Shown: piece by piece, positions 25,835 through 42,639 of the stretch
Layout: every line of letters starts with the position of its first letter
Position numbering within the stretch: the first letter of the stretch is position 1
NCBI RefSeq assembly: GCF_009914755.1
Contig: NC_060926.1
Source of the DNA: the human T2T-CHM13v2.0 reference genome, Homo sapiens
DNA: 64,000 bases
Reading direction: 5' to 3' (one strand)
Notes under the pieces: model-generated
The model's database searches: none
Told to the model about the DNA's origin: nothing
The model's input: the letters and a program-made list of their open reading frames with translations, nothing else
Position numbers and translations under genes: made by a program

Positions 25835-28800
25835 TTAAATATAAGAATGACTGTTTAACATTTTATACCCATGCTAGTTTTTTTTTTACATGCATGGCAA
25901 CATTAGATATTATCTAATGATATTTCTAAGATTTATTAATATAGTTTATAACTTTTTATTATAAGGATGCTTTGTGTTTCCAATGTAACTTAATGAACCA
26001 AAAATAATAATTATTTGCCAACTCTCTATTCAACTGAACTCTCAAACATCTATTTCTGGCTATAAAATAAAATTTCTAATGAGATACATTGCCACATTAT
26101 CAGGTAATTTTATTAAATCATTATTTGGAAATTAAAAATTAAACCGTTTTTTCTCTTAAATCAGAGTAATTTTTATTATTTTGCAACATGTTGCCATAAA
26201 ATTATTTTTATTTCCAAGCATCCTCATTCTTGTGTAATATGCCAGCTACATTTTCTCTTTCCAAATTATAATTGACTTTGCAGATGTTAGTTACTGGCAA
26301 AATAACTTCATCTATAGGTAGAAGACTCATAAACCAGAAACAAAGCTCAACTTTAGCCAGGTTTAGCAAGGGTGAAATGTAACTACTGCTAGGTTATTTA
26401 TCTGGTTGCATATTGACTTCAACACAAGGATATTGAAATAAAAATCTGTCTGAAAATAAGTCACTTCTGTTCCAGCTCTCAAAAATTATAATTACATTTG
26501 ATCATTAGGGTTATTAGATTTTATGTCATTAATGAGTTACAGGCAGAAAAACAATTGTTTTATTTGTTCATTTGTTTGTTTCTTACAGAAACTGTAGATA
26601 CTGAGGAAAAAATTTGGGTAACCCAAATTAAAAATTCAATATTTTAATGCTAGACGAAATTTTCCCTTGAAAAATGTTGTCTCGTCAAATTTTCAAGAAT
26701 GTAATGTTGGATTTGATTAACTATGTAATTTATATACTAAAATAGAAGTGTTTCTTTAAAAATCTATGGATGAAAATCAGAGATGACTCAAGTAAATTTT
26801 TGAAGTGCATCTTCTTCTGAACTCTACTTTATTTCATCTGGCATTTAATTTTTTAGATGATAAATCTAAAGCTAGTATGATTCTACCTTTGGTAAAATTA
26901 ACATTTCCTCTTCCTTGAATTGTTGAAATATTTATCTTGAATAAATATTTTTATGCATATGAATTGTTATTCATCTCTGCTTATTAATTTTAGCATCTAA
27001 TGATCAGGCCTTTCCACTCTCAATCTTACATGCATGTTTTTTTCTTTTCTATCTATAATTTGCCGTTGCTGGTTTTCCTGTTTTCGCCTTTAAAAATTGT
27101 CATAATTGAAGAGCTATAGTTCTCTATTCCATTATTCACCACTCATTATATCACACTTTATTTTCTCATTGTTAGTGAACCTCCCTCATCTGTCATCTGT
27201 ATCTTGAATATTTACAAAGTTGACTCTACATATTACTCCTTTCAGTCATAGTAGGTGTTGCTCTATTATAGTTATTTCACTCTTTATTTTCTCATTTAGT
27301 TAACATTAATACCTAGCTTCCTTTTGGCAGTTTCACGGAGACATTATATAACTTATTCACATTTATTATATAGCCATTTTAATGGAAATACTTGTGTGTT
27401 TCCTTCCAATGAACATACACTCCCATCTTTTTTTTTTTTTTAAGCCTGCAGCACTTTTTAATAAGCCCTATTTTTTTTTCCTTACATTGACTGAATATTG
27501 AGTTTGGTTTAATAGTGTTATTTTAGAGATGTGTACAGGGCTAGTGTCAAAACTTATAACATTTAACATTTTGCAACATAAAGAGATCTACAGTGTGCTG
27601 GATGTAAGGGACAAGCTATATGGGAGAGCTAACATTAACCTCCAGTTGCTTGGTTGCTTGCAGTTTTCATCTGTAAAGACATAAAGAACCCTGAATAAAA
27701 TTGTAGTTCCTCTATCTCATTTTCAGTGAGGTTAACCAACTAAGAAGTAACCATCTAACACTAAAGGGAAAGTCTGAAGATTGAAATGGGAAGAGAGAGT
27801 AACAGAAACAATCTCCCTAGAATTGTTCAAAATAAACTTTAGAGGATTATATTTTGTTGGTTGGTTTTTGCTAAAAATTATGTTTCCTTTCAATGATTGT
27901 TTTAGCAAAATATCGGTATTATTGGAAATAATATTTCTGTTTCTATCCAATCATCTTTCCAAAATCCTGGCTCCATCATTTTTAGTCTTTTCAGTCCACT
28001 GAAGAATGAGTCTGATTCAGAGTTATGTAATTGCCACATGTTCATCAGATTTATTTGCCTTTCCTTGGAAGTCCACTGTGCTTTCAAATTCTTTCCAGTT
28101 AAATGGAATTCTAAGATTTTCCCATCTGTTTTTAATTTTTTTTTGTATTGGGACAAGGATAACTTAATTTTCTTGCATAGCATTTAATCCAACCTTCATT
28201 TAGTATTTCTGCAATGATGGATTAGTGAACACTGAAGCGTTTCATGATTTGCATAGATAGTCTTTTAATATTCCTTAACAAGTCCTCAAGTTCCTTTTCT
28301 TGGTATGTTGTGTAGTTGTTATAATGTTCCCCTATCCTCTGAAAAAACTTAATAAAATAAAAAAGAAAATCATTTTCCTTGATCCTTCTTAGTGTCACAT
28401 GTGAGTAGTCTGAGCAGGTTGAAGATGACTTCCAGTTGAAAGACACTCTATATGTCAAAGTATCACTAATGAACCATTGGTAGAAGTTTAGTTTGTAGTT
28501 GCATAGTTCTTCTAAAGTTACAAAAAGTTATTCTTAGGCTGCATACTTCTCAGAAATTTATAGGCTAGTGGACAATAAATATTAGTCTAAAATATAGAAC
28601 ACGGTTAATCTCAATATCAGATATATGTAGAATGGCAAAAGTATACTTACTACAGCAGGTGTTTTAAGCAACGCACAAAGATGTATTGGATGGCCAGCAA
28701 ACTCATCAGGTTGCCGGGATCATCATGGTGAAGGATCAGAGACAAAAGTGAGACTAAGCGTGATATGAATATGCATTTTAATGGAAATTAAAAAGCCCAT

Positions 28801-29607
28801 GTGAAGTAGCAAAATATAAACTAGCAAAACAAACAAGTTCCAAAGAGCATTAGTAAGGTTTTATGATAAGATTAGAAATAAACATAAAGGGAACAACAGA
28901 AGAAAACGACCTCTACTCAGTATGGTAGTTTCACATTCATGGTGGTTTCTCTAGAGTTTTATGTTAAAGTTTGACATAAGGATTCCATTTAGAAAGTACA
29001 AGAACTCAAGCTCTTCATTCTGAAATAGAGAAAAGTAAGTTTTCAAAAGCAGCAGGAAGGAGGCAGCATCTGTCACTTTTCACTTGATGTTTCTATAAAG
29101 GCCTAGAAAACAGACTGAAGCCAAGAGCACCTGTGTTCCTTAGAATGCTTTCTGTCCCATTTTTTCATCCAAAACCCATTGCTTTCTGTTTCTGCCTCAT
29201 CATCTGATCAGGATTTATCATTATTATTGTTGTCATGATTACTATTATGTATCGTTAGACTCTCTATCAGCAACAACAGATCATTATCGTTTCATTTTTT
29301 TCCTAAGGCTTCAACCATTTCCAAAATGTAAATGTTTATGATTGTTTCAGAAGGAGACAGCACTGAGCTCCGTTCAGGAACTTGTCCAGGCTTCAGATGG
29401 CTTGGTTTGCATTCCCTGCTGGCTGCTTTAAAGCTAAAACAGATGAACAATATAGATTTAAATGGGGTAAAATGTTTTTTCTTAAGTTTATATTTAAATA
29501 ATTGAAGTAGGCTTTATGCAAAATATCTCCAAAGAATATCAACTCTTGATGGCAATGACAGTAAAACGAAGTACTGTTTAAATTCCTTACTCCAATTGGT
29601 AGATACA

Positions 29608-29740
29608 ACGTAATATAGTGGAAGTAAAACTGGATTCAGGGCTAGAAAATTTAGGGGCTAGTTGCACCTTCAAACTTTTTTGTGAACTTGGGCAAGGCAC
29701 TAATTTTTAGTCATTTGTAAAATGTTAAGGCTCTTAATGT
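29608..29740 (+). mobile_element. MIR/MIR3 fragment
   Basis: 'aatatagtggaagtaaaactggattcagg...tgtgaacttgggcaaggcac...catttgtaaaatg'. Confidence 0.6.
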
Positions 29741-30053
29741 CAAACACTGAGGTTACGATTTTGGGTTCAAGGACAGTGCTTTATTAGGATTAAGGTAAAA
29801 ACAGAAAACCAAAAACATACACTAATGAGCGAAGGTTTGATCAAACATGGAATTCTTAACTTCTTTACAATATGTATATAAGGAGAATCTTTATTTCGTT
29901 TAAAAAGGGAAACAAAGACCTGAACTTAATTAATTGAATTGTGAATTATAAGTTTGTGGTAACCTAAAATACTTAAATAAATAAATGCTAATATAATGAC
30001 CGACCCAGATCATTCTCGTTGTTGCCTCCTGAAGCTGCTACGACTTTTTAATT

Positions 30054-32496
<2,443 letters not shown>

Positions 32497-32647
32497 TTAA
32501 TTGGCTGTCATTTCAAAAAACCAAAATTCAGGATCTTTAAATCTTTTTTTTTTCAACAGATAATTCACTGCAACACTTTTGTGCATCTTAATTTTGTTGA
32601 CCCAAATGAAAACATTAATAACTGCATGTGATTGTTGAGCCGCATGA

Positions 32648-32944
<297 letters not shown>

Positions 32945-34527
32945 TGAGCTCTTTCATGATAAAAATATTTATTGTCATCTCCATAACATGCCAAATCTTT
33001 CTCCAGAGTGCAGGAACAGAATCTTTTTCAGCAATGAGATGGCTTTGTTTTCCTCACTATATCCAGAATTGCATCAGCTTTTCTGAAATAAATGTATGAC
33101 TCAGTAAGAATATAATTTTAATAAGTAGATCAATTCTGGAGTTAATTTTATTAATACATTTGAATATTTCACTTTGGGTAACTTAATAATGTGCAATAGA
33201 AAGCAAAACACTAGACCAAAAATCAAGATTTGTTCATTTTTATGGACTTGACAAATTTTCCTTTTTGAAAAAAATAATGTGATAGTCTGTTAGTATTTCT
33301 GGGCCTTTTTATACCTAAAATAAGAAGATAAAGGAAATAATCTTTAAAGTCCTTTTGCGCTAAACCATTATGATTTATCACATTAATCAAATAAGCTTGG
33401 GTATTTTTACGCACTGGACTGTTAGTAGAGGAGTCAAATGAGATCTGTGAAAGTTTAGGTTGGCTAAGAAGACATTCAAGGAAAATCTTTGCTTCAGTAT
33501 TGAGTGACACAAGTGATCTAGTTGTTGACCTGTATGAGCTATGAATCATGTAAATAAAATGCCCTATCATGGTGTTCAAAGGGACAGTTGTTGCAAACAT
33601 ATTGTAATTTAGTTATCATTTGCCAGCATATCCACAACTGAAACATTATCATGTAGTTTCAACTGTCTGAAGTTGACCAGCTGTTGTCCACATATCAACA
33701 GAAGAAAAACTGTAGCACCTCTTTGCCAATCAAAAATTCCATTAGGCAAGCTGCTTAAACTAAAAACTAAGCTAAATCAACAGTGGGAGTGCAAGAAAAA
33801 TGTACTGTTCTACACACTTATATAAAATGTGGAGTTTATATGTAAAGACCTTATATGACATAATATATGATAATATATGATCATTATGACATAACTAGGG
33901 ACCAAATATGTAAGTGAAAAATAATCTCAACATTTATTTGTTTAAATAATATAATCAGTAATCAAAGAAGAGGGCAATGTTAACTTTCATTGAAAACAGT
34001 TTTTTTCTTTTTATATGTTTATATAAACATATACACACGTGCACACACAAACATATGCATCTATAAGCTACATATATAAATCTATAAAGTTTATATATTA
34101 TATATACATATATTTCAAAATAATTAGATAAGAAGGGATAATTCTGGACAAAAGTGAGAGGAATTATTCCAGAAGTAGAAAGAACTTATGGGTATGATAT
34201 CCACATAAATATCCAGGTAGAAAGATGGTACTATACAGCTTTCAAAATGGTAGACAAGGTAAAATCTTTAAGATGGTGACTTAGGATAATTATTTGGCCT
34301 TCATTCTTTAGAAAAAGAAGCTTGTGGATTATATTATTGATTATGTAATGAGACACTAATGTAACATAATGAAGTAAAGAGTACACTAATGTAGGCCAAA
34401 TGAAATAGATATGACAAAAGCAAAGGAAGATTTCAGCAGGGAGAAAAGTCAAGAAGCAATGTTGAGAAGGAGGAGATCACTATTCTCTTCAGCCTTGATC
34501 AAGGGATCTCTTAAAATGCTAGTAGCT

Positions 34528-35390
34528 CATGTTCATTTTTATGGCTGCATAGTATTCTATGAGGTGTACATACCACGTTTTCTTTATCCAGTCAACTGTT
34601 GGTGGACATTTGGGTTGTTTCCATGACTTTGTTATTGTAAACTGTGCTGCAATAAATATGTGCTGGTGTCATTTTTATATAATGATTTATTTTCCTTTGG
34701 GTAAATGCCCACAACATGGATGGAGCTGGGGGTCATTATTTGAAGTAAAAGAACTCAGAAGCAGAAAATAAAATATCACATATTTTCACTTGTAAGTCGG
34801 AGCTGAATGATGGCATATTAGTCCGTTTTCACACTGCTTTAAAGAACTACCTGAGATTGGGTAATTTATGAAGAAAAAAGGTTTAATTTACTTACAGTTC
34901 CACAGGCTTAACAGGAAGCATGACTGGGAGGCCTCAGGAATCTTACAATCAGTTGAAAGGTAAAAAGGAAGAAAGGACCTTCTTCACATGGTGGCAGGAG
35001 AGAGAGAGAGCGAAGGTGGAAGTACCACACACTTCTAAACCATTAGATCTTGTGAGAACTCACTGTCATGAGAAGACCAAGGAGGGAATCTGACCCACAA
35101 TCCAATCACCTCCCACCAGTCTCCTTCTCCAATTTGACTTGAGATTTGGGCAGGGACAGAAATCCAAACCATATCAGATGGGTATACGTGGTCATAAAGA
35201 TGAGGAAAATAGACCCTGGGGACTCCAAAAGGGGAGAGGGTTGGAAGAGGCTGAGAGATGAAAAATCACCTATGGGATATAAAGTTCAAAATTTGGGTGA
35301 TAGGCACACTAGAAATCAAATTCCACTATTACACATATAATACCCAGGTAACAAGCACATGTACTCCCTAAATCTAATTTTATTTTTTAA
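34528..35390 (+). mobile_element. Short L1PB/L1MA1-type element with a 5' inversion, split by an MST/THE1 LTR
   Basis: Antisense L1 at 34528 to ~34710, then sense 'caacatggatggagctgg...'; the 3' end '...gcacatgtactccctaaatcta' resumes after the LTR. Confidence 0.85.
34814..35176 (-). mobile_element. MSTA/THE1-type MaLR solo LTR
   Basis: 'attagtccgttttcacactgct...gggaggcctcaggaatcttacaatc...ccaaaccatatca'; 5 bp TSD gatgg at 34809-34813 and 35177-35181. Confidence 0.92.
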
Positions 35391-36259
35391 TTAAAGAATT
35401 AGAGTACATTAGATTTTTTTCCCCCAATTTGTTACTTAGGATGATGACCAATATCATCTATGATGGTTAGGAAATTCTGTCTGATTAAATTTGATTACAA
35501 CTCAGTGAACTGAGCCTTATATTTTATAAGCACAAGTGCTTAGCTTATGCTTAATGTCTACTGTGCAAATTTCAGTTTTAAAATTTTTGTTTAAGAGTAT
35601 AAAAGACTCAGGAAGATTGTTCATAGAGAAAGCTCAATTTTCTACTAATATGAAGCTTACTGAGAGCATTTTGTGTGAGGATGATATATTTTCCATGCTA
35701 TGCCTCCTAAAATCAAGTGGTGAAATGGAGTGGATTATTTTAATAACTTGAGGGGTAAGCAGGAAAAACTTCGATGCCTGGAATTCCTCTCTTCACCATC
35801 AGAATGTGCTTTAACAAATATATTATTATATCCTATTTTAAAGGTATTTGGAGCACAAACATTTATTTTTATGAAAATTTACAATTGTAGTAGGTTGAAG
35901 TTGATGACTTTTATTCTGGATCGTAATAGGGGAGTAGGTATTCTACATATCAGAGAAGCGGCCCTTCAAGTCCTACTCATTTGGATTAGAAATGGAGTCA
36001 TTTGGTTGGCTTTGAGATTATTGGCTACGGTTTATTCTGGAAGAACAACAGTCAGTAGTTATTTAAAATAATCTAAATACTCAAATTGCAATAATGTGAT
36101 ATTTAATGATTATCTTTAAAAATGCTGTTGATTCAAACATGAAACTGGAAAAAAGCTTTAGATAGGAATCTAAATGTCTTCAATTCATTTGGAAAGCAAT
36201 TTGATGGTTTAAATGTTTTAAAATTGTTATCAATTTTGTTAAAACAGCCTGAATCCTAA

Positions 36260-37545
<1,286 letters not shown>

Positions 37546-40300
37546 AAATACTAAAAGAAGAGTACAGTGAGCCAGTATTACTGATGAACATGAATGCAAT
37601 AATCTTAAGAAAAAAAAACTCCGGCAAACCAAATTCAATACTACATGAAATGGATAATTTGCCATGATAAAGTAGGATTTATCCCTGGGATGTGAGGATA
37701 CTTTAACATACACAAATTAATAAATGTGGCATACTACAATAAAATTAAGGATAAAATCATGTGATTATCTCGATGAATGCAAAAGAAAACATTTGACAAA
37801 TTTGACATTGCTTTACAATAAAAACTCAACAAATTAGGCATAGAAGAAATATATTTCAAAACGAAGTCCTATATGACAAATACACAGTTAACATTATGCA
37901 CAATGGTAAAAAGTTGAAAGCTTTCCCTCTAAGATTGGGAATCAGACAAGGATGCCTACTTTTGCAACTTTTACTCAACATAGTAGTGGAAATCCTAGCC
38001 ATAATGGAAATCCTAGCCAGAACTCTTAGGCAAGAAAAAGAAATAAAAGATATCCAAATAGGCGGGAAAGAAGCGAAATTTTCTGTTTGCTGATGACATA
38101 ATTTTATACATAGAAAACTCTAAAATGCCACCAAATACATGTTAGAACTGGGAAACAAATTCAATAAAGTTGCAGTATACAATATATAAAAATCAGTAGT
38201 AATTCTGTATGTTAACAAGCCATCTGGAAAAGAAAGTAAGAAAATCTGATTGACAATAGATCATTTTTGGTTGTATGGGCATTTTGAAAGTATTGATTCT
38301 TCTGATCCATGAACATAAAATATTTTTCCATTAATGTATTTTTTCAATTTGTTTCATCAATGTTTTGTAGTTTTCAGAGTACACATTTTTCACCTCCTTG
38401 GTTAAATTTATTTGTAAGTATTTTATTTCTTTTCTGTTGCTATTTTAAATGGAATTATTTTCTTAATTTTTGGGGGATGTTCTATGTTACAGCATTGAGA
38501 TAGAAAATCTGTAAGGAACATTGAAATTGAAGTATACTTTAGGTCAAATGGACCTAACAGACATGTACAGAACATCCCATCCAACAGATACACATTCTTC
38601 TCAAGTGCACGTGAAACATTTTCCAAGATAGATCATATGTTAGACCCAAAAGAAGTCTTAAAAAATTTAAGAAGAATGAACTCATATCACATATTGTCCT
38701 TGGTCACAATGATGTGACACTAGAAATAACAGGAGAAAAACTGGAAAATGTATGAATATTTGGAAATTATTAAACATGCTCCTAAAAAACAATGCATCAA
38801 ATAAAAAATCAAAAGGTAAGTATCTTGAGACAAAAATGAAAACACAGCATAATTTACGACATGCAGCAAAAGGTGTTCCCAGAGAGTTTATACCAATAAA
38901 CAAGTAAAAAAATTAAGATTTCAAATAAACAATCTAACTTTAGATCTCAACAAAAATAGAACAATTAATACTTTATTTTTTTATCCATGAAATAAATCTG
39001 TATTGTTGCTACCTCTCTCACTATTGATGTTTCTAATTGGTTAATTCTTTCTTTCTTTCCGGATAGTCTGGTTTAGAAATTTGTTTGATGTTTGCAAGGA
39101 ACCAATAAAAATAAGCAAAAACAGATAGAACTTTAAGGAGAAATAGACAACTACAAATCTAGACAGAGATTTCAATACATTTCTCTCAAGAATAGATAGG
39201 ACAAGTTGTCAGAAGGTAGTCATCGGATTTATTGAGGCACTGAACAACACTATCGGTGAAATTGACCCAACTGACCAAAAGTGTTCTAATTGTCAATATG
39301 AAACACTACATCCCACAACTGAATCCACAATCTTTTCATGTATACAGGAAACATATTTTAAAATAGATCATATTAGAGCCATAAAATAAGTTTGAACGCA
39401 TTTAAGTGTATTTAAACTATCTTAGGATTGCTCCTTAACCCTAATGGGATTAAATTAGAATTCAATAGCAGAGGTATATCTCAAAAATCTCCCAATATTT
39501 GGAACATACATAGAATACATCTGAATAATTCATGGGTCAAGGAAGAAACAAAAGAGATATTTTAAGGTGCTTTGGAATAAATAAAAATGTAAATATATAT
39601 CAAGTACATCGCAATCAAATAAAGCTGTATTTAGAGGTAAATTTAATGCACTAAATACCTACATAAGAAATGAAGAATGATCTCAAGTCAATTACCACAG
39701 AATATCCACCGTAAATACTAGTAGAGGGAGAGCAAATTAATGCAAACATTAGTAAAAGAAAGGAGATGACAAATGAGTGGGAATCAATAAAACAGAAAAT
39801 CAGGGACACCAACACTGTTTCTTTGTTATGATTACAAGTTATTTCTTTTTTTCACTTTCTAAATTTTAACTCTTTCTAATATTTAGTGTGTGCACTAGGA
39901 TTGATAAAATGTATCTTATTGTAATTTATCTTCAAGTGATATACAAGTTGATGTATAGTATAACCTTGAAACAGTATCATTTCTCTTTCCTCTTGTCCTC
40001 TGTTCTATTATTTTCATAAATTATGCATGTGAAATAAACTCTGCAACACATTACTTTTATCTTTGTTTTAAACTGTAAATTCTCTTTTGGACCTTTGATA
40101 ATATAAAGAATATATATTTTACCCATGTAGTTACCATTTCTGGTTCTTTTCATTATTTTGTGTGGATATTGATTTCCACTCAGATCATTTTCTTTCTTCT
40201 GTAAAGATGTGGTCTAACATTTCTTGCACTTTGCATTTGCTGGTGATGAATTATTTCAGCCTCTGAATTTTTTTAGATAAATAATTATTTTTATTAATTT
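37546..40300. mobile_element. Cluster of old L1 ORF2/ORF1 fragments in alternating orientation
   Basis: Approximate blocks: + 37546-38260 ([17 protein letters not shown]), - 38260-38480, + 38500-38970 (endonuclease end), - 38970-39100, + 39100-39830 (endonuclease), - 39830-40300. Confidence 0.7.
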
Positions 40301-40339
40301 ATAAATTTACTTATATAATACATTTTTTAAATGGCTATG

Positions 40340-42577
40340 CTGAAAACCCTGTTTCCATTTAAAAATTTGTAATAGGCACATAATAATTGTACACATTTAT
40401 GGGGTACAGTGGCCTGTTTTGATACATGTATATTGTGAATGGATCAAATCAGAGTAATTAGCATATCTATCACCTCAATCATTTATCATTTTGTGGTGAG
40501 AACATTAAAAATCCTTCTAGTTATTTTGAAATATACATTATTTACTATAATCACAATACCATGCAATAGAACACCAGAATTTATCTCTTCCAATTGTAAC
40601 TTTGTACCCGTTGACTAACCTCTTGCCATCCTTCCTCTCCATACCTTCCCAGTCTCTAATAACCACTGCTCTATTTTCTACTTTGATGAAATCAACTTTT
40701 TTAGATTCCGTATATGAGTTTGATCATCCAGTATTTGTCTTTCTGTTCTGACTTGTGTCACAATATAATGTCCTCCAGGTTCATCCATGTTTTTCACAGA
40801 TAGCAAAATTTCATTAATTTTTTTATGGCTGAATAGTATTCTGTTTTATTCCTTAGCATTCTATACCATGTCATTAGTATTTCATAGGATTTCATTCCAT
40901 CCCACATTTTCTTTATCCATTCATTAATTGTTGAACACATAGGTTGATTTCATATTTTGACTATTGTGAATAGTCCTTCAATAAACATAGGAGTGCAGAT
41001 ATCTCTGACACACCAATTTCATTTCCTTTAGATATACTCAGTAGTGGGATTACTGGATCACGTAGTAGGTCTGTTTTTAATTTTTGAGGAACCTTCATGC
41101 TGTTTTCCACAATGGTTCTACTAATTTATATTCCCACCAAGAGTATATAAGGGTTCCTTATTCTTTACGTCCTTGCCAATACTTGTTATTTTTTGTCTTT
41201 TCGATAGCTATTCTAATTGGTGAGGTAATACCTCGTTGCAGTGTTTATTTGATTTCTCTAATGACTAGTGATGTTGAAAATTTTTTCATATACCCATTGG
41301 CTATTTGTTGTCTTTTGAGAAGTGTCTACGTAGGTCTTTAGCCCATTTAAAAAATTAAATTGTTTTCTTTTTATTTTGCTATTGAGTTGTTTGGATTCCT
41401 GTATATTCTGGATATTAAACTTTTGTCGGATGTATACTTTACAAATATTTTCTCCCATTTTGTAGATTGTCTCCTCAATTTGTTGATTGTTTTCTTTGCT
41501 GTGCAGAAGCTTTTTAGTTTGATGTGAGTATTTTAGTTTTGTTGCCTATTTTTGCTTTCGTTGTCCAAGTTTTTGAGGTCTTTAAAAAAAGTTCTTGCCT
41601 AGTCCATTGTCATTAAGTATTCCCCCATGTTTTCTTATACTAGTGTCATTGTTTTGTGCCCTACGTTTGTCTTTAATCCACTTTTTGGTTGATCATTATT
41701 TTTTTTTTGAGATGGAGTTTCTCTCTTGATTATTTTTAATATAGTGAGACAGAGGTTTCTAGTCTCATTCTTCTGCATGTGGGTATCCAATTTCCCAGCA
41801 CCATTTATTGAAGAGATGGTTCTTTTTCCAATGTGTTTTGGCACTTTGTAAAAAAATCAGTTGGCTCTTGATGTGTGGATTTATTTCTGGGTTCTCTATC
41901 CTTTTCCATTGTTCCATGTGTCTGTTTTTATACCAGCTCTGTGTTGCTTGGTTAGCTTTGTAGTATATTTTTGAGGCCAGGGAGTATGATGCCTTCAGCT
42001 TTGTTCTTTTTTTCCTCAGTATCGCTTTGGTTATTTGGTGACTTTTGTGGTTCCATATGACATTTAGTATTGTTTTTCTATTTCTTTGAAGAAAATCATT
42101 CATATTTTGAAAGGAATTGCACTAAATCCATAGATCACTTTAGAAAGTATGATTTTTAACAATGTTAATTCATCCAATCTATGAACATGGAATATCAGTT
42201 TCTTTCACAAATGTTTTATAGTTTTCAGTGAAAAGATCTTTCATTTTTTTCATTAAATTTATTCCTAGGTGTCTTAATATTTATACCTCTTGTGAATGGG
42301 ATTCTTTTCTTGATTTCGTTTTCAGATAGTTCCTATTAATCATGTAGAAATGCTACTGATGTTTGTACACTGATTTTGTATCCTGCAACTTTGTTGAATC
42401 TGTTTATTAATTCTAACAGTTATTGTGATGTCTTCAGGATTTTCTACTATAAGATCATGTCATCTGCAAAAGAGACAATTCGGCTTCCTTCTTTCCAGTT
42501 TGAATGCCTTTCATTCTTTATCTTTCCTAATTGCTTTTGCTAGGAATTCCATTGTTATGTTGCATAGAAGTGGTGGA
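40340..42577 (-). mobile_element. L1MA (about L1MA4-8), 5'-truncated
   Basis: 3' end 'cataataattgtacacatttatggggtacagtgg...caaatcagagtaattagcatatctatcacctc'; ORF2 remnants (ORF 41765..42103, LFNKWCWE); ends '...tgcatagaagtggtgg'. Confidence 0.9.
41704..41728 (-). mobile_element. Ultra-short Alu 3' end (AluSp/Sq-type)
   Basis: 'ttttttgagatggagtttctctcttg' flanked by attattttt at 41695-41703 and 41729-41737. Confidence 0.7.
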
Positions 42578-42639
42578 AATAGAAATATTCTTGTAACATA
42601 TTCTTTTAAAAAGAATTTGAAATGAAGGCAAAGCTGTAT

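Noticed and set aside
27902-28458. Minus-strand ORFs as a host coding exon or a Tc1-like transposase
   Set aside because: In-frame stop and frameshift, no partner exons, no DDE/D motif or terminal inverted repeats; a decayed LINE ORF2 fits better.
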